NCBI GenBank assembly: GCA_963829055.1
Contig: CAWHHI010000009.1
Span: 96,001-160,000, forward strand
From: an uncultured Gemmatimonadaceae bacterium
Lineage (GTDB): Bacteria > Gemmatimonadota > Gemmatimonadetes > Gemmatimonadales > Gemmatimonadaceae
Direction: 5' to 3'
Length of the DNA: 64,000 nucleotides
How positions within the stretch are numbered: the stretch's first letter is position 1; every line of letters begins with the position of its first letter. Shown in pieces: positions 57,407 through 64,000 of the stretch. Below the pieces are notes generated by a model. The model did not search any database and had not been told where the DNA came from. It saw nothing but the letters and a program-made list of their open reading frames with translations. A program made the position numbers and the translations under genes.

Positions 57407-58258
57407 CTAACGCGGACGACGCTCCGCCACGACGATCCGCATGATTCGCCCCGCTCGCGTGTTCACCGTGCCCGTCGCGTAACGCCTCGCCCAATCCTCG
57501 ACGCCGGAATCATCGGCCACCTGGAACCCGGCGGCGCGGAGGTCCGCCGCCATCTCCTCGGCTGACCACTTGCTCTTCGCCGGCTCGCCCAGCAGACGCA
57601 GCAGCAATGCCGCGAAGCCCCGCCGCATTTCCGTATGGTAGTTCACGATCAGCGTCGACCCCTCGGCGCTTCGCGACGCGACATTGGCGAGCGTCGACTT
57701 CATCGCGTCGTGCGTGAGATACATGACGACGCCTTCCCAGATCCAGCACGTTGGACGCGCCGCATCGTGGCCGGCACGCGCGAGCGCGGTGTCCAGCGAC
57801 TCACGCTCGAAGTCCACCGGCACGAACGTCACCTCGGCGATCGCGTGCGGAAGCCTGTCGAGATGCGCGCGCTTCACCGCCTGCGTCGCGGGGTGATCGA
57901 CCTCGAACACGCGGACGCCCGCGAGCTCGCTCATACGCCAGGCACGCCCGTCCAATCCCGCGCCGAGGATGACCAGCTGCGCCGTACCGCGTGTAACTGC
58001 CGCCTGCACGGCTGCATCAATGGTTGCCGTCCGCAGGGCCATCATGTCCGCCGATACACGCGCGGCCGCGAGCGTCACGCTCTCGCGACCGCTCCGTACC
58101 TGCTGCTCGATCTTCTCCAGTCGCCTTAGCCACTTCGCGTTCAGAAAGACCCGCGCGGTGGGATCGCGGAAATCGCGCACGTGCGACGCGCCCACATCCG
58201 CGACGGCGCGCATGTAGGCGACCATCATCGCAGTCCTGCTGGCGCGCTCCGCGATCAC
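57407..58258 (-). CDS. SAM-dependent methyltransferase (LCM/leucine carboxyl methyltransferase-like)
   Basis: ASRTA, QLVILGAGLDGRAWR, VFEVDHPATQ, VPVDF, WEGVVMYL. Confidence 0.88.
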   Translation of the reverse strand: MIAERASRTAMMVAYMRAVADVGASHVRDFRDPTARVFLNAKWLRRLEKIEQQVRSGRESVTLAAARVSADMMALRTATIDAAVQAAVTRGTAQLVILGAGLDGRAWRMSELAGVRVFEVDHPATQAVKRAHLDRLPHAIAEVTFVPVDFERESLDTALARAGHDAARPTCWIWEGVVMYLTHDAMKSTLANVASRSAEGSTLIVNYHTEMRRGFAALLLRLLGEPAKSKWSAEEMAADLRAAGFQVADDSGVEDWARRYATGTVNTRAGRIMRIVVAERRPR

Positions 58259-58265
58259 GGTCGGA

Positions 58266-59564
58266 TCACTGCTCAGCCTCCGGAGCGGCCGTGACCACAC
58301 TTGGTCCGCGCATCGTGGCCGATGAGAACACGAACAACGCGGCGGCCGAGAGTCCGAGGACGAACATCGTCGTCCATGTCGTTGGCGCCCCGACGCGGTC
58401 GAGCAGGAACGCGCCGAGCCACGGGCCGACGATCAGCGCCAACGACATGGAGCTGCTGAACATGCCCATGTACTCGCCCGTCTTTCCGGGCGGCGCCAGC
58501 GCGGCCACGTAGGCGACGCTCGTCGGGAAGAAGATCATCTCCCCGAACGTCCAGATGATGACGGTGATCGCGATCGGGATCGTGGTGGTGGCTATCGCGA
58601 GTCCGCCGAATCCGACGGCGAACAGTCCCGTCGCGAGCGCGATGGCGATGCGCGTCGTCCAGTGCGACATCGCGATGTTGAGCGGAACCTCGATCGCGAC
58701 GATGACGAGCGTGTTCAGCACGAACAGCCCGCCGTAAAACGACTCGCGGTAGTGCAGGTCGCGCACGAGGTACAGCGGCATCGCGCCCTGGTGCTGCGAG
58801 AACACGATGTTCACCAGAAACGCCGTCGCGAAGAACAGCATCGCGGTGCGGTCGTGCCAGACGAGCGATGGCGCGAAGCGACCCTGTTTATTCGTCGGAT
58901 GCTCGGCGCTGTGCGCACGCGGTGGGGCGAGCAGGTGGCGGTTCCTCGAGAGCAGCACCGTGAGAACGGTGGCCGCGGCCAGGGACGTGAGCCCGTCCAC
59001 GACGAAGAGCAGCGGGAACGACACGACGGCGAGAAACCCGCCCACGGCCGGTCCGATGCTCATGCCGAGATTGACCGCGAGTCGATTCACGGCGATCGCG
59101 GCCTTTCGGCGATCGGGCGTCGTCGATCCGGTAAGAATGGACATCGTCGCCGGACGAGCGGCATCGGCGACCACCGCCCAGAGAAACGTGAGTCCGACGA
59201 CGACGATGAAGTCCTTCGCGAGCGGTATGATGAGCAGGACGACGCCTGTGAGCGCGAGCGACGCCCGGAGGACGACGAAGGGCCCCACGCGGTCCGCGAG
59301 CCGCCCGGCGATCGGCGCGGTGACGAGTCCGCCGACGCCGTACGCGCTGACGGCGAGCCCGGCGACCGATGCGGAGATCCCCAGGTATCTCGTGAGATAG
59401 AGCACGAGAAACGGCACGGCCATCATCCCCGCGCGATTGACGAACGTCGTCGCGGCAATGATCCAGACTTCGGCCGGGAGTCCGCGAAGACCGCGGTACG
59501 GATTCGGGAGTGCCAGGGTCAGCCTAACGCCGTGAGTCCGGAAGGAGTGTGCCCACGCCATCAC
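58266..59564 (-). CDS. MFS transporter
   Basis: GRLADRVG motif A, about 12 hydrophobic segments, NLGMSIGPAVGG; start uncertain. Confidence 0.88.
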   Translation of the reverse strand: MMAWAHSFRTHGVRLTLALPNPYRGLRGLPAEVWIIAATTFVNRAGMMAVPFLVLYLTRYLGISASVAGLAVSAYGVGGLVTAPIAGRLADRVGPFVVLRASLALTGVVLLIIPLAKDFIVVVGLTFLWAVVADAARPATMSILTGSTTPDRRKAAIAVNRLAVNLGMSIGPAVGGFLAVVSFPLLFVVDGLTSLAAATVLTVLLSRNRHLLAPPRAHSAEHPTNKQGRFAPSLVWHDRTAMLFFATAFLVNIVFSQHQGAMPLYLVRDLHYRESFYGGLFVLNTLVIVAIEVPLNIAMSHWTTRIAIALATGLFAVGFGGLAIATTTIPIAITVIIWTFGEMIFFPTSVAYVAALAPPGKTGEYMGMFSSSMSLALIVGPWLGAFLLDRVGAPTTWTTMFVLGLSAAALFVFSSATMRGPSVVTAAPEAEQ

Positions 59565-59670
59565 TCGCTGCCGGCGACGGGAGGCCGAGACTCGTCGTTG
59601 GTCTCAACGTCCAAGATCTCGATGGTGCTGCTGGCAATCAAGCGTGGCGAATCACTCCACCACGCCGCCA

Positions 59671-62349
59671 CTACTCCGTGGCGAGGGCACGCGCGGGCGT
59701 CACGCGCATCGCGCGCCGCGCCGGAACGAAGGTGGCGACCAACGCGACGCCAAGCAACGTCGCCACGACCATCAACAGGGTCGCCGGGTCCTGCGTCGCC
59801 ACGCCGTACAGCTGATCGCGCAGGAGGCGCGCGGTCCCCAGCGAGAGCAGGCTCCCCACCAGCGCGCCCCACACGATCGGCCTCAGCCCTCGGCTCAGCA
59901 CGAGGCGCCAGATGTCGCCCGGTGTTGCCCCGAGTGCCATCCGGACGCCGATCTCTCGAGTCCGTTGGCTCACGAAATAGCCGACCACGCTGTAGACCCC
60001 GACGCTCGCCAGCGCTAGCGCCAGCACACCGAGCGTCGTGAGCAACAGCGTGTTGAACCGCGTGGTTGCCACGGATTTCGAGAGCACGTCTTCCATCGTG
60101 CTCTGGTCGACGAGCGGGAGCGACGGGTCGATTCGCATCACGGCCGCCTGCAGCGCGCGCGTCAGAGTCTCTGGCGGTGGCACTGTTCGCGCGACGAGGA
60201 CCAGCGAGCGCGATGTCGCGCGCCACATGCCTGGCGAGGTCTGCGTGAACGGCATGTACAGTGTTGGTGTCGCGGCCAGGTTCAACCCCGCGCTGTGCAC
60301 GTCCGCCACCACGCCGACGACTGTCATCCAGTTCGGCGTGTTGCGGTCGTCGCGCATGGCGTCGAACCGCTTGCCGACGGCTCGCTGGCCGGGCCACAGT
60401 GCCCGCGCCAGTGACGTGCTCACGATCGCGACCGGAATGGCGCCGGCGTCGTCCGTGCGCGCGAAGTCGCGTCCATCGAGGAGCGACATGCCCATCACCG
60501 CGAAGTAGTCCGGCGACGCGTACCGGATGTCCACGTCCACCTGTTCGTCCGGTAGTTGCTTCCCGTCCGGCAGGATGCGCGTGGAGAGGATGCCACCCGC
60601 CAGCGGCACCGCCGACACCAGCGCCGCGCGCTGAACGCCCGGGACTTCCGCAGCCGCGTCCCGGATCTGCTGGTACGTCTGCGTCGTGCGCGCCGCGTCG
60701 GCGTAGCGCACCGCGGGCAACACGAGACGTCCCGTCATGACGTGCGACGCCGTGAACCCTGGATCGACACGCTGCAGGTGCCACGCGGTCCGGATCAGGA
60801 GACCGGATCCAACGAGCAGCGTCATGGCCAGCGCCACCTCGGCCGCCACGAGCAGGGCGCGGAGCCCCTCGCGCGCCGCGCCGGCACTCGAACCGCGGGC
60901 GCCGTCACGCAGCGCTGATTGCAGCGCGGGGCTCGCGCTGCGGACCGCCGGCACGAGCCCGACGAGCACGCTGCTCACGAGCGCCACGCCTAACGTGAAC
61001 AGCAGGACGACGCCGTTCACCCGCGCCTGATCGACGCGCGGCACGTCCTCCGGCGCGAGCGCGACGAGCCCTTTCACCAGACCGAACGCGACGATCACAC
61101 CGAGCACGGCGCCGCCGAGTGCGAGGACGAGACTCTCGACGAGCAGTTGACGGACGATGCGGCCGCGCCCGGCACCTAACGCCGCACGGATCGCCAGCTC
61201 GCGCGACCGGACGGTGCCGCGCGCCAGCAGGAGATTCGCGACGTTCACGCAGGCGATGAGCAGCACGAACCCCACGGCGCCGGACAGCACGAGCAGTCGT
61301 TCGCGGAAGCCGCCCACCACGCCGTCGATGTAGCGTCGCACCACGGCGCCCATCGCGGGCGAGGCGCCGGGCGTCCGCGCCGCCACGAGCTGAATGGCGG
61401 CGCGTGCCGCGTCGGTGGCCTGGGCGAGCGTCACGCCTGGCGCCAGGCGCGCCGTCAGGCGCAGCCAACGCCCGCCTTCCGTGGTCAACTGCTGGGTGGT
61501 CAGCCGTCTCGGCGCCCACAGATCGTTGTCGGTACCCGTCGCGTCGAACGCCGCGGGCATCACGCCGATCACCGTGTACTGCTCGTCATTGAGTCGGATC
61601 GTGCGTCCGACGACGGACGTGTCCGAGTTGAAGTGACGTGTCCAGAGCCGGTGGCTCATGAGCACGACATGCGGCGCCCCCGGCACATCGTCGCTCGGAA
61701 GGAAGCCGCGACCGAGCACCGGAGGGACGCCAATCACGCGAAAGAAGTCGCCGGTGACGAGAACGCCATTGACGAGCTGCGGCGCTCCCATCCCGGTGAG
61801 CGTGAACCCTCCACCGCCACTGGCGGCGGCGACGTACGCGAACGCGTCGCGCCGATCACGGAGCGCCGCGAACTCCGCGCCTGACGCGATCTCTTCGATT
61901 ACGCCGCGCCGCGTCGGCTGCACCTGAACGACGCGATCCGCGTCGGCGAACGGCAGCGGATGCAGCACGACGGCGTAGAGCACACTGAACACCGCCGCCG
62001 TGGCCCCAATGCCAAGTGCCAGCGTGAGCGTTGCGGTGGCGGTGAAGCCGCGCGCACGGCGAAGCTGACGCAGCGCGAACGTGAAATCCTGCTTCAACTC
62101 GCTGAGGTACTCCGCGCGTGACCGGTTGCGGTCGCGTTGCCGCCCATAGTGACGGCACTCCGCAGCGACGACGGCGAAGTCGCCGAAGCGTCGAACGGCC
62201 TCGGCCCGAGCATCGTTAGGCGCCATGCCGTCGGCGATCAGCATCTGGATCACCATGTCGACGTGGAACGCGAGCTCCGTGTCGACCTCCTCCTCGAGGC
62301 GCGGGCGCTTGAGGAAGGACCATGGCGAGCGGCGAGGGGCGCGGCTCAT
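59671..62349 (-). CDS. ADOP-type duplicated MacB/FtsX ABC permease
   Basis: EEEVDTELAFH, TLALGIGAT, LLIACVNVANLLL, RELAIRAALGA, QRTREIGVRMALGA, PARRAMRV. Confidence 0.92.
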   Translation of the reverse strand: MSRAPRRSPWSFLKRPRLEEEVDTELAFHVDMVIQMLIADGMAPNDARAEAVRRFGDFAVVAAECRHYGRQRDRNRSRAEYLSELKQDFTFALRQLRRARGFTATATLTLALGIGATAAVFSVLYAVVLHPLPFADADRVVQVQPTRRGVIEEIASGAEFAALRDRRDAFAYVAAASGGGGFTLTGMGAPQLVNGVLVTGDFFRVIGVPPVLGRGFLPSDDVPGAPHVVLMSHRLWTRHFNSDTSVVGRTIRLNDEQYTVIGVMPAAFDATGTDNDLWAPRRLTTQQLTTEGGRWLRLTARLAPGVTLAQATDAARAAIQLVAARTPGASPAMGAVVRRYIDGVVGGFRERLLVLSGAVGFVLLIACVNVANLLLARGTVRSRELAIRAALGAGRGRIVRQLLVESLVLALGGAVLGVIVAFGLVKGLVALAPEDVPRVDQARVNGVVLLFTLGVALVSSVLVGLVPAVRSASPALQSALRDGARGSSAGAAREGLRALLVAAEVALAMTLLVGSGLLIRTAWHLQRVDPGFTASHVMTGRLVLPAVRYADAARTTQTYQQIRDAAAEVPGVQRAALVSAVPLAGGILSTRILPDGKQLPDEQVDVDIRYASPDYFAVMGMSLLDGRDFARTDDAGAIPVAIVSTSLARALWPGQRAVGKRFDAMRDDRNTPNWMTVVGVVADVHSAGLNLAATPTLYMPFTQTSPGMWRATSRSLVLVARTVPPPETLTRALQAAVMRIDPSLPLVDQSTMEDVLSKSVATTRFNTLLLTTLGVLALALASVGVYSVVGYFVSQRTREIGVRMALGATPGDIWRLVLSRGLRPIVWGALVGSLLSLGTARLLRDQLYGVATQDPATLLMVVATLLGVALVATFVPARRAMRVTPARALATE

Positions 62350-62358
62350 AGCGCTTCC

Positions 62359-62685
62359 TTACGCGGGGAGCAGCACGGGCGTAATCGCGGCGATGAACGT
62401 CGCGAGCTCGCGCGTCTCGGCGGTGAGATGTCTCCGTCCCTTGGGCGTGATCGCGTAGAACTTCGCGCGGCGCCCCTGGTCGGTGACGCCCCACTCGGCG
62501 TCGATCCACCCGTCGCGCTCCATACGGTAGAGGGCGGGGTAGAGCGAGCCTTCCTCGACGCGGACGACGTCGTCGGTCCGCTCGGCGATCCACCGCAGGA
62601 TGCCGAACCCGTGGCGCGGGGCGAGCGTCAGCGACTTGAGCACGAGTGCGTCGAGCGTGCCGTGCAAGCGGTCGGTAGCGGGCAT
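62359..62685 (-). CDS. padR: PadR-family transcriptional regulator
   Basis: GTLDALVLKSL, HGFGI, EEGSLYPALYRME, RRAKFYAITPKG. Confidence 0.92.
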   Translation of the reverse strand: MPATDRLHGTLDALVLKSLTLAPRHGFGILRWIAERTDDVVRVEEGSLYPALYRMERDGWIDAEWGVTDQGRRAKFYAITPKGRRHLTAETRELATFIAAITPVLLPA

Positions 62686-62689
62686 TGAT

Positions 62690-62723
62690 GGCAACTGTCC
62701 TAGATGTCTAGGGTAGAGTTGCC
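62690..62723. promoter_or_regulatory. Probable PadR operator palindrome
   Basis: CCTAGA-TG-TCTAGG (62699-62712) nested in GGCAACT...AGTTGCC, just upstream of the padR ATG. Confidence 0.65.
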
Positions 62724-62765
62724 TGCGCGCACGCTGCCTGTCAAGAGAATCACGCTGTTGACCAT

Positions 62766-63032
62766 CCTGATGCCTGATACCTCGTACTGACGCGACTGAG
62801 TGCTGAACGACTGGCCATGCCGTGCATCCACTCGGCGGCCTGGCCAGTACCAAGTGCGTCAGCCACTGCTCAGTAGCGAGTTGTCAGGCATCAGGTCCCG
62901 TATCCGCCGGCTTGGGTCGCGCGCTTGGCGTCGCGCTTGAGTCGCGGCGGACTCCCGACTGGGCTCGGAGACTGATGCCTGACACCTCGTACTCAACGCT
63001 GGCGTGCTGAGTCACTGGCCAAGCCCTGCATC
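62766..63032. repeat. Three ~60-bp degenerate repeats (direct, inverted, direct)
   Basis: CTGATGCCTGA.A.CTCG...ACTGGCCA.GCC at 62767-62828 (+), 62836-62895 (-), 62972-63032 (+). Confidence 0.8.
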
Positions 63033-63106
63033 GGACTTTCTGAGCATCGCGCAAACCAAACAGCCGGGAGTCCGTTCAATAGGTGGATATTCCGTAGCCC
63101 AGTCAT

Positions 63107-63835
63107 ATGTTCAGCCGGCCGAGCAGCTCGTCCGGCGCAGTGAAGGTCCGCGTTCTCGCGACCGACAACCCCAGGGTGCTTCCTCCGGAACTCCAGGCCC
63201 TACTGGATGGCACCGACGCCGCGTCTCGAGACGCGGCGTGGGCCGCGCTCGTGCGGTCACATAACGGCCTGCTCCTTCACGCCGTGCGTTCGGTCTTCCC
63301 GCAGCACGACGCCGCGATGGACGCGTACACGCTCGTGCTCGAACGACTGCGTGAGAACGACTTCCGCAGGCTGCGCACCTACGTCGCCGATGGCAGGAGC
63401 GCGTTCAGTACGTGGCTCGTGGTCGTCGCGCGCCGGTTGTGCCTCGACCACCACCGCCAACGCTACGGCCGCACGCCGCGCGGCGAACACGACGTTGCTG
63501 CCGCCGAGCAGCAGCGAGCTGCGCGACGACGCCTTCTCGATCTCACCGCGTCTCCGCTCGACGCGGCGGACATCGTCGACGACGCCAGCGGCTTGGCAGA
63601 CCGCGAGCTGAGATCGGCCGAGCTTCGTCACGCGCTCGACGTCGCACTTGCCGACCTGACGCCCGCCGACCGCGTCCTCCTCAGGATGCGTTTCGAGGAC
63701 GAGCTCTCCGCGCAGGAGATCGCGACGGCGCTGGGCTGGCCAACGCCGTTTCATGTGTATCGCCACCTCAACGCGCTTTACGCGGAGCTGCGCTGCCGAC
63801 TCGTCGCGCGCGGCGTGATGAGCAGCGCACCGTGA
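63107..63835 (+). CDS. ECF-type RNA polymerase sigma factor
   Basis: DAAWAALV, FSTWLVVVARRLCLDHHR (region 2), LTPADRVLLRMRFEDELSAQEIA (region 4); start may be the GTG at 63140. Confidence 0.85.
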   Translation: MFSRPSSSSGAVKVRVLATDNPRVLPPELQALLDGTDAASRDAAWAALVRSHNGLLLHAVRSVFPQHDAAMDAYTLVLERLRENDFRRLRTYVADGRSAFSTWLVVVARRLCLDHHRQRYGRTPRGEHDVAAAEQQRAARRRLLDLTASPLDAADIVDDASGLADRELRSAELRHALDVALADLTPADRVLLRMRFEDELSAQEIATALGWPTPFHVYRHLNALYAELRCRLVARGVMSSAP

Positions 63836-63902
63836 GCGCGCGCGATCCTGCAAGAGGTGCTGGCGGGTCCGTTTCACAAAGCATCGAAACGGAGGTCCGC
63901 CG

Positions 63903-64000
63903 ATGACGGAGGTCCCAATGCCAGACGAGGACACAAACATCGCACATCTCAGCGCCGAGCGGCTGGCGTCGTACATCGACGGCAACCTGACCCCGGCCGA
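63903..64000 (+). CDS. Probable anti-sigma (zf-HC2-like) protein, partial at window end
   Basis: RBS GGAGG; MTEVPMPDEDTNIAHLSAERLASYIDGNLTPA directly after the ECF gene. Confidence 0.6.
   Translation, partial: MTEVPMPDEDTNIAHLSAERLASYIDGNLTPA

Overview
High-GC (roughly 69-70% by eye) bacterial chromosomal segment. Gene content points to Gemmatimonadota or a similar soil lineage (inference): expanded 'ERELGGGGMSRVF' Ser/Thr kinases, SusC/SusD-like pairs, a PadR+ADOP permease and VPS10/BNR proteins. About 40 genes, mostly secreted peptidases and hydrolases, three TonB-dependent receptors, four Ser/Thr kinases, and a LysR/aldo-keto reductase/flavodoxin block. Many genes are broken by 1-bp indels clustered in patches, most likely long-read assembly errors. 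I saw no rRNA, tRNA, CRISPR array, integrase or transposase. Main observations: (1) the non-palindromic motif CCTAAC(G)/(C)GTTAGG occurs about once per kb (63 copies counted by eye) on both strands, is written into coding regions through rare codons, and is absent from one 8-kb block that also contains broken genes; (2) a cytoplasmic kinase-BRCT fusion; (3) a SusC/D locus with a DPP-IV, two secreted prolyl isomerases and two NxH-type amidohydrolases, a candidate proline-peptide utilisation locus; (4) a protease next to a probable inhibitor; (5) several REP-like hairpin elements. All assignments come from motif recognition only; no database search was run.
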